IMG/VR virus record: IMGVR_UViG_3300037116_000299
Coordinates: 62,001-126,000 of that record
Strand: one strand, 5' to 3'
Length of the DNA stretch: 64,000 bases
Shown: positions 46,219 to 58,199 of the stretch, one piece after another
Position numbering within the stretch: the first letter of the stretch is position 1
How the letters are laid out: each line of letters begins with the position of its first letter
Made by a program: the position numbers and the translations under genes
Notes under the pieces: generated by a model
What the model saw: only the letters and a program-made list of their open reading frames with translations
The model's database searches: none
Told to the model about the DNA's origin: nothing

Positions 46219-48252
46219 TTAGAAGTTGATCTTGACGACACGGTTGAAGCTCCCCTTCACCCGGCACAGCAGTGAGTTGCGTTGGGTCGATGAGAATCCC
46301 AGCCCGCTGAGTTGGTTGGTCGACTCCTCGGTCTTCATCTTGGTGCCGACCATCTCGAACACCTTGCGGTGTTCGTCGAGAGCCTGCGTCAGGAACTCGT
46401 TGAAGAAGCCACGAGCCTTGCCGTCGTTGAGGCAGCGATCGAGCATGAAGAAGTAGTGCAAGTTGCCATTCTTCTGCAGATCCCAGCAGTTGGGCGAGAG
46501 CATGACGACGTTGACCTTCTGGAAGGTCTGAGTCGGCAGGCCCCACACCTCCTTGCTGGCCTGGGTGGACGGCAGCGAGCTGATGATCTCGAACGAGCCA
46601 TCGAGCGCGCATTGGATACGGGCCACTTCGATGGTTGCTCCCGTGGGAACGACCTTCTCGTAGACCATGTGGTGGATCTTGCCGCCGAACTCGACCTCGA
46701 CTTCGAAGCCAACGCCGGAGCTGCGTCGACTGTAGTTGTGAACCTTCAGGACGTAGATACCCGACTTCATGGTGCGACGGTTGGCATAGAAGATGTTCTC
46801 GACCGGATGAGGTACCATCCCATCGGCGCCGTTGGCGTCAACGTCCAGCATGCCGCCGGACGGGGAAAGCGACCGGCGATTCTGGAACATGATCTCGTAG
46901 GTACTGCCGCGGCCCTTGAAGCCAGTAACTGGCTCTTCCATGTGGAAGTCCAGATCATCGGTGTACTCCCATGCCAGACGGCAGCAGAGATCACCGGTGA
47001 TGCTTCCACCAGCCTTCTTCACACGTTCCTTGATGGAGTCAGCCATCTCTCCTGCATACGACCAGGAGAAGTTGTTGCCCCACTTGAACATGTTCTTCGC
47101 GCCGGGATCAACCGGAGCGATCAGGCTGACCAGGTTCGAGGCATGCCCGTTCTCGAACATAACCTCGAGCGAGTCCGCCTTGGGCAGGATCTTCTCCAGA
47201 AAGTCGACGATGCTGACTTCCTCGACGCGATCCAGGTTCTGGGCCTTGACCACAACCCGGTCGGACAGCTCGTCGAAGACATTCATGGCCCTACGGGCCG
47301 TGCGGTCGGCGAACAGGATGTTGTTGATGGTGATGTCAGGCAGTGCAGCATAGCGACGCTCCAGAGCTGAGGTGAACCCCATCTCTTCGATCGTCTCCTG
47401 CGCTTTCTTGATCTGGGCCTTGGTGACCAGAGCAGTCGGCCGCTTGTAGTTGGCCGGCGCCACCTTGGACTCGAAGCCCTTGACGGCGTAATCGAGATCC
47501 TTGCCTTCCGACAGGTCAACCAGCAGCGTGCCGATGACTGTCCCGCGGATCTTCGTAACCGCGGCCGCGGTGGAGCGCGAGCGCTGCCAGGCGAAAAGGT
47601 CCTGATCCTGTGACAGATGCTGAAGTCCGGCAAACTGCCGCTTCAGCTTGAGGAAGGATTCGAGGACGAAGGTATGTTCCTCGCCACGATAGAGCGAGTT
47701 CTGGCCGATCAATTCCAGCACGGTGTTGATAGAGTCTTCGGTGATCTCCTTGAGTCCGCGGAGGAATACGTCATGCGTGGTGCGCGCCTCGTTGGAACGC
47801 GGCCCGATGGCCTCACCGTTGACCACAACATCTGCGGGCAGGGACAGATGGAAATGCTGCCAGGTGGTGACACCTTCAAGCACGGCAGCGAAGCTCTTCT
47901 CGGTGCCGACTGTCTTCTCGGTTGCCAGGAAGATGTTGTCGATCGGCAGGCCGTGAACGATCGCGGCAAGCGCATCGACCACAGGCTGATAGCCGTCGCC
48001 AACCGCGATGTCCCACAAGCTGACGAGGCTGCCGTTGACGATGCTGACCATGCCGCCGACAGCGCGGATGAAGCTCTTGCAGCAGTTACAATCGTGCTGC
48101 GTGCGCTCCTTGTAGATGGGATCCATGCCAGCCGGGAAGCTGGCGAGATAGGTTGCCCAGAAGGCATCCTTGTCGATCTCGACACGGTATAACCCGTTTG
48201 CCTTCATGATCTCGAATTGCTTGGCGACTGCGATCTTGAGTGTACTGAACAC
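46219..48252 (-). CDS. large conserved phage protein with C-terminal YfaP/DUF2135-like motifs
   Basis: GTG start with GGAGG; HDCNCCKSF, KVAPANYKRP, DDLDFH, GMLDVDAN, PVENI. Confidence 0.7.
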   Translation of the reverse strand: MFSTLKIAVAKQFEIMKANGLYRVEIDKDAFWATYLASFPAGMDPIYKERTQHDCNCCKSFIRAVGGMVSIVNGSLVSLWDIAVGDGYQPVVDALAAIVHGLPIDNIFLATEKTVGTEKSFAAVLEGVTTWQHFHLSLPADVVVNGEAIGPRSNEARTTHDVFLRGLKEITEDSINTVLELIGQNSLYRGEEHTFVLESFLKLKRQFAGLQHLSQDQDLFAWQRSRSTAAAVTKIRGTVIGTLLVDLSEGKDLDYAVKGFESKVAPANYKRPTALVTKAQIKKAQETIEEMGFTSALERRYAALPDITINNILFADRTARRAMNVFDELSDRVVVKAQNLDRVEEVSIVDFLEKILPKADSLEVMFENGHASNLVSLIAPVDPGAKNMFKWGNNFSWSYAGEMADSIKERVKKAGGSITGDLCCRLAWEYTDDLDFHMEEPVTGFKGRGSTYEIMFQNRRSLSPSGGMLDVDANGADGMVPHPVENIFYANRRTMKSGIYVLKVHNYSRRSSGVGFEVEVEFGGKIHHMVYEKVVPTGATIEVARIQCALDGSFEIISSLPSTQASKEVWGLPTQTFQKVNVVMLSPNCWDLQKNGNLHYFFMLDRCLNDGKARGFFNEFLTQALDEHRKVFEMVGTKMKTEESTNQLSGLGFSSTQRNSLLCRVKGSFNRVVKINF

Positions 48253-48283
48253 GGATGATCCTCCTTGGATCAGTTGCGACTGG

Positions 48284-51201
48284 TTATGGCTCGAGAGCGA
48301 ACATGAAGCGCTGGGAGTTCTGGTCCACGTTCCACTTGTTGACCAGCTGGTACGCTTCCAGGATCGGCATGCCACTCATGGTGGACATGCCGACTTCTCT
48401 GAAGTGAGATTCATCGAATGGCAGCCGTTCCACAGAATCGGTGGCCAGAAGCTTTCGCAGATAGTGAGTGAATCGCATTAGACTCGGTCCTCGAACATGC
48501 TGTCGAACGTGCCGCTCCCGAATTCAACATCGGTAGCCAGCTGGTGCAGCTCATCGGCCGTGAATGGACGGAATGTAGGTGCTGCCGGCCGCGCGACGGT
48601 GAAGCTCTTGTCCTGAATGGCGGCGTTCCTACCGCGCTGAGAAACCAGCACGCTGGGTACGCTAACCACACCACCGCCGATCAGTCTGCCGTTCATACGG
48701 AAGGTGACGTAGCGGATGTTGGTGTCAGCCAAGTTGGTGTGAACTCGCAGGCCTACCACGCTGCGCGGGAAAGCCTTGCAATCGTAATCCCGCTCCCAGC
48801 CGTTGGAAATGCGACGGCGGACCCGGCGGACCCAGGAATCGGCTCCGCGAATCTCGCGAGTGAACACGTCCTTGGATCGTGGTAAGAACGATGCTGAGTT
48901 GGATGTTGCCACAGCGAGCGGGGCGTTGGCAGCCCAGAGTTGATCGATGATGTCGGGAGTGATCCACTCACGAATGGCGCCTCGAACGGCGTCAGAGATT
49001 CCTTTGCCTTGGCTCATGCTGCTTTCACCTCCGGGTGAATTCCTGTGGGCTTGGACGGCGTAATCAAATACATCCAGCCTCCGATCTTCGAGGTAGGCCG
49101 GTAATGCTTGGAACCGAAGGTGTCCAGCACAAACCACTGGCCAACACCCTTCGCATCGTGGCCGCCGACCATCCACCCGGCGACGACAATGTCGTCGCCC
49201 GTGTACCAGATCCAGGCTAGCCGGTCCGGCATCGATGGCTTGAGCGGGCTTTGCAGGATGACATCGACCAGGCCCGCCTGGCGCTTGAATTCCTGCAGCT
49301 CCTGCTGATCGCAGTGATAACAGCCACGCTGAGGTACCGCGCTGGCCGTGGTGTAGTGGTGATCGGCGCTGTGCTCGCAGCCGTTGGTCCGGCCCAGCTC
49401 CTGGAGTTCATTCATGACGCGGCTGCGATTGGTATCGAGCCCGCGGTACTCAAGGCGCTTCGCCTCGGACTGTTGATTCACTTCCGTCCAGTTCATGATT
49501 TCCTTCCTTGGTTCAATTCGAGGAGCTAGGGCACCCTTTGCACAAGGCGCCCGAGAGGGTTGAGCCGATCACGGATCTCCGCTTCGTGGCTGTCTCTCTT
49601 GTCGCTCCAACACGGCCTGACATCTACGCGCATGCGCTATGCGCTCCGCCGACCGTGCATTCTCAATCTCGCGGCAGGGCTGGTTTTCACCAGCCCCACC
49701 TTGATGTCTGAAGACCCCGGGCAGTCCACGATCGGGATAGTTGTCCGGCACTCAATGTCCGGACTCCCTACGGTGAAGACTGTGGTTCCCTTCGCTTCAG
49801 ACTGCCGTGTTTATGGGCGTCTCGTTGAGCTGTTTTCGTGCCAGGGCAACCACAGCACGATACAGCGCATACTTCTCGTTGCAAGTCATGACCATGAGGC
49901 TGTGAGCTACCTTGCCTCGGGCGTACTCGGTGTCCTGTACCTCAGCCATAACGTCCGAGTCGTCGAACCAGAAGCGTTCGGACGGCAACGGGGGCAGGAT
50001 ACTCGCCGAAGGACTGGGCTGCAGCTTCCTGATCGCCTCGTCGTATCCCTCAAGCCGGGCAACACGTTGTCCGTTCTCGGAATCGGTGACCAGGGCTGTG
50101 AATTCTTCCAGACTGATGAGCTTCGCTTCGAACAGCTCGTGCCGCTGGTAGCGAACGAGGTCAGTCAGGCGCTGGGTCTGTTGCGCGAGATGCTCGATCG
50201 CGATGCCCATGTCCATACGCGGAGCCGTCTTCCACTCCTTTGCTAGCTGCAGATACTTGTCCAATTGGGTCGCCCTTTCAGTTGAGTGCCTGGTATACGA
50301 GGCAGAAGCCTGTGCGGCAGACCAACTGCCTCGTATATCAGGTCGTGTGCTTGGAGGTCCTGAGACATCTGCGCACCAGGATGGAAGCCGCGCGTCTCGA
50401 TCAGGACAGGTTGGGCGGGTGACTCCAAGCTGTGATCACCATATCGGTTGGCCGAAGCCAATCGAATAAGGTGAAACTACTAGACCCGTTGGAGATAGGA
50501 GTCACGAATCTCGTCGAGGGTGAACATGGTGCCACACCCTGTCTCGTCATCCCCACACACGAAGGGTGGAAAGAACTTCGCCGCACGCAGGTCAGTCATG
50601 TCGTCGAATCCGCATGCAGGGCATTGGAGCGTGTATTCGTAGGACTTCAGTTCCCGGCCGTCTTCCGGCGCGGGATAGACCATATTGAGGTCCTGGTTGT
50701 AGATCAGCTTGGCCATGATGTCCTTACGCTGCTGCTGCTGCTGGTGGTTGAGCGGCAAACAGCGGCCGCCGGGTGGTAATAAGCTCTGCCTTCAGGGCGC
50801 GGGAGCGCTTGACTTCAAAGTCAGCAGCTTCGTCACCCTTCAGCAAGATCGTCGTGGTGGGCGTGCCCACTCTTACAGTGTCCGGCGATCGAGCGATGTG
50901 CGAGCACATGTCCAGGTTGATGTCGACGTCGTGGCCATCGCTGCGACGCACCGTGATCCAGTTAGCCATGCAGGCCTCCTCAGGCTTTCAGCTCGGCCTT
51001 CAGCTCTGGCACCTTGGCCAGCTCCGCAGGGTCATTGGTCGCCAGCGTTCCAGCTGACTCCCAGGTGGACTTGTAGTTCTGGCTGGATTTCACCAGCAAG
51101 TGGATGCTGTCAGAACTGACCGCCAGCGAGCCCAGCCGCTGATTCGCATCGTTAGCGATCAGTTGCTTGATCTCGCGTTCGGTGTAGGTGATGGTGACCA
51201 C
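48284..51201 (-). other. train of hypothetical genes (48284-48478, 48478-49017, 49014-49496, 49797-50264, 50480-50716, 50724-50969, 50980-51201)
   Basis: Coupled ORFs, many with SD sequences. Confidence 0.5.
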
Positions 51202-51211
51202 GGTGTTCTCC

Positions 51212-51619
51212 TCATGCCGCCATTGGCATGTCTGTCGATTGTTCGGACTTGGCTTGCTTCCAGCAATGCAGGAAGCCGCCCTCGTGTTCGCCGGTCTTCA
51301 TGTCGATGGCAAAGATGCCCATGAAGATGAGAGCCTCCAGCGCGAAGCTAGACATGAAGGCGAAGCTGATGCCACTGAGCACGCCGATAACGGTGCGCAC
51401 CCAGGGGGTTTTGATCGGCCTGGTGATCCAGACCAAGAGCCACACGATAAGCAGGGCAGGCAGTACCGAGGCTGTCAGGAGTAAAACTAGCAGTTCCGTG
51501 ACGCTCTTCGATATAAGCCAAACCACTGACTTCTTCATGTAGCGCTTCCGATTGCGCCAGTACAGCCAGCCGCCGGCGAAGGCCAGCACGGCAGCCCAGA
51601 AGGCGATGACTGTTTTCAT
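51212..51619 (-). CDS. membrane protein
   Basis: Hydrophobic helices. Confidence 0.6.
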   Translation of the reverse strand: MKTVIAFWAAVLAFAGGWLYWRNRKRYMKKSVVWLISKSVTELLVLLLTASVLPALLIVWLLVWITRPIKTPWVRTVIGVLSGISFAFMSSFALEALIFMGIFAIDMKTGEHEGGFLHCWKQAKSEQSTDMPMAA

Positions 51620-51904
51620 GCCGCGACCTTCATAGTTTTCTCGTAGGCACGCACCCTCAGGCTGGTGGCCACAGACTGGATGCCAGCTGAGAACAGATTG
51701 ACCAGGCCGGCCAGGATCTGCACGCTGAGCAAGCCCACGATAACGACGCCGATCCAGAACAGGACGGTTTTCATACGTTCTCCGGGTTGGGGAAAGGGAT
51801 GAGGACGCCGAGCACCTGCTTGCGCAGGCTCACGGACATCCTGAGAGAGATGCACACGGCGGCGCCGAGTGCAATGATGAGGGTGAACAGGAAGATGAAG
51901 GCTT

Positions 51905-52249
51905 TCAAGGGATAATGAATGTTCCTGCACGATACTCGGCATGCAGCACAGCGATGATATCGCCGTGGCACTCGTGCATCGGCCTGCAAAAGCAGCCCAG
52001 CACGTCAGTCTCCCGAAGCGTCTTCAGCTTGGCCAGGAACTTGGTGCGGACTGCAGGTGGGATGACATGATCCCACGTAGTGCTCCCGCGTGCCCAGTTC
52101 TCGCAATAGGACACAGCGTCAGCAACGCAAAGGACCTGGACGTAGGCCTTAGTCTTGGACAGGGGCAGATGGGTGAACGGATTGCCCATGTCGGAGCCAC
52201 GACCGATGTAGACGGTGGATGGCTCACGTTTGCAGTGGACTACTTGCAT
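51905..52249 (-). CDS. DUF4326-family protein
   Basis: VVHCKRE...VYIGRGSDMGNPF...LGCFCRP..CHGD. Confidence 0.82.
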   Translation of the reverse strand: MQVVHCKREPSTVYIGRGSDMGNPFTHLPLSKTKAYVQVLCVADAVSYCENWARGSTTWDHVIPPAVRTKFLAKLKTLRETDVLGCFCRPMHECHGDIIAVLHAEYRAGTFIIP

Positions 52250-52552
52250 AGGTTCTCCTTCCGCTTGCACTTTGGACACTGACAGTTCGTTGGATGAATC
52301 TTGCGCATGACTCTCCTACTGCAGGTACAGCCGAATGGCTGATCGCTTGACTACTGAATCCGTGGGCTCATTGAGCAACTTGAATGCGATCTCTGCGTCT
52401 TTGGCGAGATCAAACGTGGCGATGGACGTGGTGACGGCGGGAACATTCCGGCCCGTGATGATGAACGTGGTGATGAGCAACTGAAACATGTGGTTCTCCA
52501 GATGGGCCCTGCTCGCACCACCTGATGCGAGCAGGTTATTCAGGGATGCGGA

Positions 52553-54655
52553 CTACGCTGCTTGAGCGGTGTCCGCTGCAGGCTTCGACGCGAACAGCGA
52601 GGTCAGATACTGACCGAACTTGGCCGCGGTGGCCTTGGCTTTGGTGGGGATGGCCTTGAACATGGCCAGGTCAGACTTCTTGCCTTCGTCCTTGCGAACG
52701 AAGAGGTAGATGCCGCCCGTGAGAACAACTGCGAGGACCAGCGTGATGAATCCGAAGATCAGTTTCATGGTGATGCTCCTGGTGTTGGATTTGTGGTGCT
52801 AAGCCGCGCGCTGTTTGCGCCCCGGGTGACGAAACGTGCAAAGTAATTCGTAGGTGGTGTATCCAAAGAACAGGATGCAGAAGCAGGCAGCGATGAACTG
52901 CGCCAGTCTGACCGTCCCAATGAAGATCAGGCCGAGAATGGCCAGGATCGTTAGTTTCATGCCGCTCCTCTCAGAATGGTCTTGGTGTGCTCCTTGCTGA
53001 TCTTCCGCTGGCGTAGCGGCAGATACGCAAACAACATGGCCACATTGAAGATGGTGTTGCCCAGTGCGAAGATCACAGCGTTGGCTGAGGTGATGCCGTG
53101 GATCGCAAAGTTGATGGCCTCCAGCCCGAGCAGGCTGAGGCTCTTGTTCTTGTTCATCCAGGCGAGGGTCTGCTCCTTGCGCTTAGTGGGAACGAACCGT
53201 TTGAGGATCGGGATCTTGTCGATCTTGAGAAAGGCCGACCAGGCGAAGGCTCCGACGCCGACGCCGGCGATGGCAGAGCCTGAGTTGGATGGAGTGAGGA
53301 TCATGCAGCCACCTGCTTGCTTGGGATCCAGCTGGCACGCAAGCGTGCCTTCCGTTCCCTGTACTTGGTCTTGGCATAGCTGACCAGCCACTCGCCGGTA
53401 TAGAACCCGACGACGTAGCAGATGCCCCAGGCAAAGCCCAGGCCCATGAAGTACAGAATTGCGAGGACTTTACTCATCATGCGGGTGTCGCCTCCTGACG
53501 TTTGCGTTCTTCGTAGCGGTTCATCTCGCCACGCGTTTTGAACCAGAGACTGGCTCGTTCACCGTTGACCATGCAGATCTGGGTGTGCTCGAGCATCTTG
53601 ACGATGAACTCGGCGCGCCAGACCAGCCAGAGCAGGACAGCGCCTGCAGCCAGCGCACATGCAGCCATGATCTTGGTCATGACGCATCCTCCTGAAGCTG
53701 GCGATCGAAGTAACTATCGATCCAGCCAGCCACAATGGAGGTGATTTTCAGAGTCGTCCAGTAGATGACGTAGATCACACATCCTACCGGCAGCGCGATC
53801 ATGCAATAGAGCCTGAGGAAGTCGATCATGTGAACAACCTCACGGTCGAGCTAATCGGTTTCTGGCCAGGCCAGCGCTTGCGGATGGCGATGAGTGCCAG
53901 GTGCTCGAACGCCTTCGAGTTCACCAGCCAGCGTGAGCACGAGACCGTCCAGCTTGCCACGCGTGCCTGCCACTTGGTGGCCGAGCCCGCTTGCCTGCGC
54001 AGCCGTTCATCCACGATCGGGATGTGATGTTGAGCACCACCTGCACCGTAGATCAAGATCTCCCGGTCCCGTTTGGGATTGTGAGACTTGCGACGGAGCA
54101 GGATGGCGCTCCAGAAGCCGACCTCATACGAAGGGATCAGCCATAGCAGCCAGAGTGGCATAAGCCCTCCTTTCAGGCCTAGTGAAGCGGTGTGTGGGTC
54201 AGGATGTGAACCATCCAGCTGTGGCTGGCGCTGATGACGCCTGAAGCCATACCGATGATGGTCAGGAACAGACCACCACCAATTAGCGTGCCCAGGATCT
54301 TGAGACCCGGGGACATGGGCCTGGCGGAGATGGTGAGAGCGTGCAGCTCCGCGAGCGCGGGCGCCTGCGCCTCCACCTCTGCACGGGTAACCCCGTACTT
54401 GGTGCAATACTTGTCGATGCGTTCGAAGGCCTTCTTCTCCAGCTCCGCGAATACGGGATTGCCGGCGGCCTTGCCCTTGGCCTTGTGACCGTTGGCGGTC
54501 TCGATGATCTTGGCCAGCTCGGCCTCGAGAGACTCCTTGGCGTTGTTCTGACGCCAGCCTTTGAGACTGGTGCCAATACCACGCACGCTCAGCTTGAGCT
54601 TGCCGGACAGCTTGTCGCCCCAGTATGTGGGCTCAACGTAGGTGTTTTCTGCCAT
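52553..54655 (-). other. cluster of small membrane-anchored proteins (52553-52768, 52957-53304, 53477-53680, 53826-54161, 54179-54655 and smaller ORFs)
   Basis: Short ORFs, each with a hydrophobic segment. Confidence 0.5.
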
Positions 54656-54678
54656 GAGAATATCTCCTTGTTCCAAAC

Positions 54679-54704
54679 TAAAAGCCCCGGGGTTAGCCGG
54701 GGCT
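54679..54704 (-). terminator. intrinsic terminator
   Basis: AGCCCCGG-CTAACC-CCGGGGCT followed by TTT. Confidence 0.65.
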
Positions 54705-54726
54705 CAGGTGAACTACTTAGGCCTGG

Positions 54727-54999
54727 TCACCCAGGCTCAGTAGTAGGTGGCAGGATCCTTGGCGATGGTTGGCGCTTGGATGCTGCCTTGTCGGTCGTGC
54801 CTGCCTCTTTGTAGGCCTTGCACTGTTGGACAAACTCAATGATGGATCGAATGTTGGCCTGCGTACAGCGCACGCTCCCCATCACGTAAGACTCGATGTT
54901 GGTCATGCGGTCCATCGAACCCATCTCAGCGAGCGCCCCTTCCAAACGAAGGGACGCTGCTTCAAGCTCTTCAGACATCTTGACCAGGTTGACTGCCAT
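54727..54999 (-). CDS. hypothetical protein
   Basis: TAATG overlap with upstream gene. Confidence 0.55.
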   Translation of the reverse strand: MAVNLVKMSEELEAASLRLEGALAEMGSMDRMTNIESYVMGSVRCTQANIRSIIEFVQQCKAYKEAGTTDKAASKRQPSPRILPPTTEPG

Positions 55000-55622
55000 T
55001 AGGCCGCAACCTCTTCTGGCATCAGCTCAGACGCCGGTGCGCTCTTGCCACAGCACGCATCGCCGCAGCCCTCGGAGCAGCCACCGTCACCGCAACACGG
55101 TTTGGGGCAGTCCTCGGAGCTGGCGGTGAACGCGCCGGCAAACTCACCTTCGAGATCCAGGGCCTGATCCTCGGGCACGATTGTGCTCGGATCGATGCCG
55201 CGTTCCTTGAGCTTCTCGACTTCCATCAATGCCTGCTGTTCGAGAGCAAACTCTCCGATCAGGGCGGTGACGGCATTGTTGAACTCTTCCTCGGACTCGG
55301 GCTTGGCCGGGTCCAGGTTGACCAGGCGGGTGCAAGCGGACTTGAGCGCGCGGATGATCATGTTGGTCTGCTGTTCCAGGCCATTGATCTGGTTGAGAAT
55401 GGCATCGCTGACCACCTCGTGAGCCTCGGGCTCGACCGTTACCTTGCAGCCAACGAACCGGCCATCAGTTGCGGTGATGTTCTCAAGCATCTCGTTCGCT
55501 GCCTTGCGGGCCGCTGCACGGTTGCCAATGGTCAGAGCGGGCGGCTGAAAGGTGCTCACCTTGCCGTCCTTGACAACCTTGGCAATGAATGTCCAACGGC
55601 GAATCTTGTTCTGTACTGACAT
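54999..55622 (-). CDS. hypothetical protein with Cys-rich C-terminus
   Basis: GGAGG SD; CPKPCCGDGGCSEGCGDACCG tail. Confidence 0.6.
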   Translation of the reverse strand: MSVQNKIRRWTFIAKVVKDGKVSTFQPPALTIGNRAAARKAANEMLENITATDGRFVGCKVTVEPEAHEVVSDAILNQINGLEQQTNMIIRALKSACTRLVNLDPAKPESEEEFNNAVTALIGEFALEQQALMEVEKLKERGIDPSTIVPEDQALDLEGEFAGAFTASSEDCPKPCCGDGGCSEGCGDACCGKSAPASELMPEEVAA

Positions 55623-55651
55623 GAATCCTCCTGAGGCGTGCTCAGATCTGG

Positions 55652-56110
55652 TTAGGCCTTATCAGGCGGGCAATTGGTGAGAAACAGGACGACTTCAGTG
55701 CAGCGTCGCTTCAGCAGGCCGCGTATAACCTTGAGGCCGGCATGGCACCAGCTGTGCATCTCATACGCTGCTTCAGTAAAGCGTCCCGCCTTCAGCAGGC
55801 GCAGCAGCGTTGAGGTAGCGAAGGCCTCCGTGCCATCGTTGTAGATCCAGTCCACCAGAGAGTCATACTGCTCCTGGTGAATGGATACAGAGGTCAGAAC
55901 CAAGGTGTCGACGGCGTGCTCTGCATAGCCAACGTCCGTGACCAGTAGCTCCGCACCCTCGGGCTGTTCAATTCCATTCGGGTAAGATTCACCGGGAAGT
56001 AGGTCGTGACCGTAGCCAATGGACATCTTGCCCTTGGCGTCCGGTGTAGCGAAGCGCTTGAATCCTTCGTTGCCTTGGATCAGTGCGAATCCTGCAGGTG
56101 ACGTTTTCAT
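55652..56110 (-). CDS. GH24 phage lysozyme
   Basis: MKTSPAGFALIQGNEG, SIGYGH, YNDG, STLLRLL, GLLKRR..E..LF. Confidence 0.88.
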   Translation of the reverse strand: MKTSPAGFALIQGNEGFKRFATPDAKGKMSIGYGHDLLPGESYPNGIEQPEGAELLVTDVGYAEHAVDTLVLTSVSIHQEQYDSLVDWIYNDGTEAFATSTLLRLLKAGRFTEAAYEMHSWCHAGLKVIRGLLKRRCTEVVLFLTNCPPDKA

Positions 56111-57106
56111 GGTCCCAGCATGCAGCGCCAGGTGAATGTACCAAAGGCCGGGGCTTTCACCCCGGCTCCTGGCTGAGGAGTTCATTAGCGGCTCTTCATA
56201 AGCGTACCTCCGTTGGCAAGCGTGCCAACTACCGGTTTCATGGACGGGACCGGCTCCCGACCTGCACTCGTGATCTCTCGTCCGAACATGCAGGGTGATT
56301 CCACACAGACTGGTGGCGATGAAACTGAATGCGGTCGACACGCTATCCGTGATGCGACCAGTCCGCTTACTCTTTGTTACCTGTGTCTCCACTTGCTTCG
56401 CTGGTCATCATTTGAAGTGGCGACCAGGGTCCAATTCCCTGTGCCAAATCTTCGATGCGAAGGGCATACGGCCAGTGTGGCCGTAACAGGTTCCGAACGA
56501 AGCGTAACCGGAACCGTCCCCAACTTCATTGTGTCCGTGATGTCCCACCGGTCCCACACCGCGAGTGCGAGTGCGAGCAGGAACCACAGACAGAGATCAA
56601 TCAGGCGCATGAATACCCCGATCCACCAGTTAGGCCTTGCGGTGAGCCTTGTTCGCAGCCTTGCGGCGGTTGCCGCGCGAGCGTTGCGAAACCTTGGACT
56701 TGCCGTTGGTGCATTTGAACTGACGTGGACGGCCGCCGCCGCCGGACGGCGTTGCAGCCTCGATGGATGGCATGCCGGCGCCAAGCGAACTGGCGAGGGC
56801 GGTGAGTACAGCAGCTGAGTTCATGTCGTCTTCTTTCTTGAGTTCGATGACGCGTTGAGATGCTTCCAGAATGCCTGGCAGGAGGGTGCCAACCAAAGCT
56901 GCATTGGTAGCCACCAGGACGCGCCGTTTGGTATCCAAAATGACCCTTCCTGACCCGCTGGTTACCGGGTTGAGACAAGTTTGCCTATACTAGAGCGGGA
57001 AAACAGTAGGGTGAAAACCGTAGTTCCACTCCAAAAGCTCCAGTGGAGGGTAGGGGAACATGCCATTCCCCACCCTCCGCATGGACAAAGTCGAACCTTA
57101 GCTCGA

Positions 57107-57502
57107 CTACGCTGCCTGCTCACCCGAATTGGATGACGCCGCAGCCACCGCAACAGGTCCCTGAGGGGCCTTGCTGATGACTGTGATCGACTCCAGCCGG
57201 ATGTTGCTGCCGTTGCCGCGCTTGCTGCTCTGCAGCACGCCCTTCGCACGCACAACGTCGCCCTTCGCAAGGGAGAGGAGCTGCTCGTGGATCAGCGGAT
57301 CTGCGGACTGCACGTAACGGTCGAAACCAGGCTCGGCCTCGATCGGGATGCCAACGTACAGGCGGTCGAAGCGGTCCTTCACCGGCTCGCCGGCTGCCAT
57401 CAGCACGCGGCCTTCGACAGTGGCCTCGACGTGCTTGTCCATCCCGATGCTGGTGCCCGATGAATCCTTCTGCTCGCGGTACACGGTCTTCGTTCCATAC
57501 AT
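57107..57502 (-). CDS. OB-fold-like protein
   Basis: ATVEGRV...LAKGDVVRAKGVL pattern; GGAGG SD. Confidence 0.5.
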   Translation of the reverse strand: MYGTKTVYREQKDSSGTSIGMDKHVEATVEGRVLMAAGEPVKDRFDRLYVGIPIEAEPGFDRYVQSADPLIHEQLLSLAKGDVVRAKGVLQSSKRGNGSNIRLESITVISKAPQGPVAVAAASSNSGEQAA

Positions 57503-57836
57503 AGAAAAGGCCCTCCTTGGGCCGGTTGTGTTCTCGTCAGTTGTGGGAATACCGCGTTGAAGCGGTCTCAGTTAGAGCTGAGCTGGATCGGGCTCGTGAA
57601 TCTCGCCCAGGAACAGCATGGAGGCGCTGAATTGGCCTACCGTGCATTCCGAACAGTTACGGCCGCGATAGGCACGGCCGGTTTCTTCCCCGGAGCGACA
57701 CAGAATGTCGTCGGTGTGAGACATCTTGTAGTGAGGGCAGGCCTTCTGGATGAAGTCTCTGGTCTTGCCCGCTACGGCGCGGCGAAGCTGGGTGCCGGCG
57801 GTGAGATCACCCGTCAGTACAACCAGCCGGCCAAGG

Positions 57837-58199
57837 TCAGTCTGTGGATCCGTCAGCTCCCGAGGGAGCGTTTGGCGTGGCAGACGTGGCATTCCGTTCA
57901 TTCGATACCTCTTCGTGGCTCTTCAGTTTCACTGCGTGAGGTTCGGTCCATGCAATCATCCGCATGTCCAACTCAGAGAGGTCAAGGCAGCGCCCTTCGA
58001 AGGTCACATCGAAGATCACCAGGTCAGCAATGTCCTGCAGCTCTGGCTTCTTGATCCGGATGGTGACGTCGAGGTTGGCTGCGCACTCCACGATGGAGAG
58101 AGGCAGGGGAAAGTCCGGATTGCACAGCAGCTGGATAGTGATCCGGCCAGGTTGATCCGGATCACCACCGAGAAGAGCACTGGCATCCCAGGTCTTCAT
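57837..58199 (-). CDS. hypothetical protein
   Basis: TGATG overlap with upstream gene. Confidence 0.5.
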   Translation of the reverse strand: MKTWDASALLGGDPDQPGRITIQLLCNPDFPLPLSIVECAANLDVTIRIKKPELQDIADLVIFDVTFEGRCLDLSELDMRMIAWTEPHAVKLKSHEEVSNERNATSATPNAPSGADGSTD

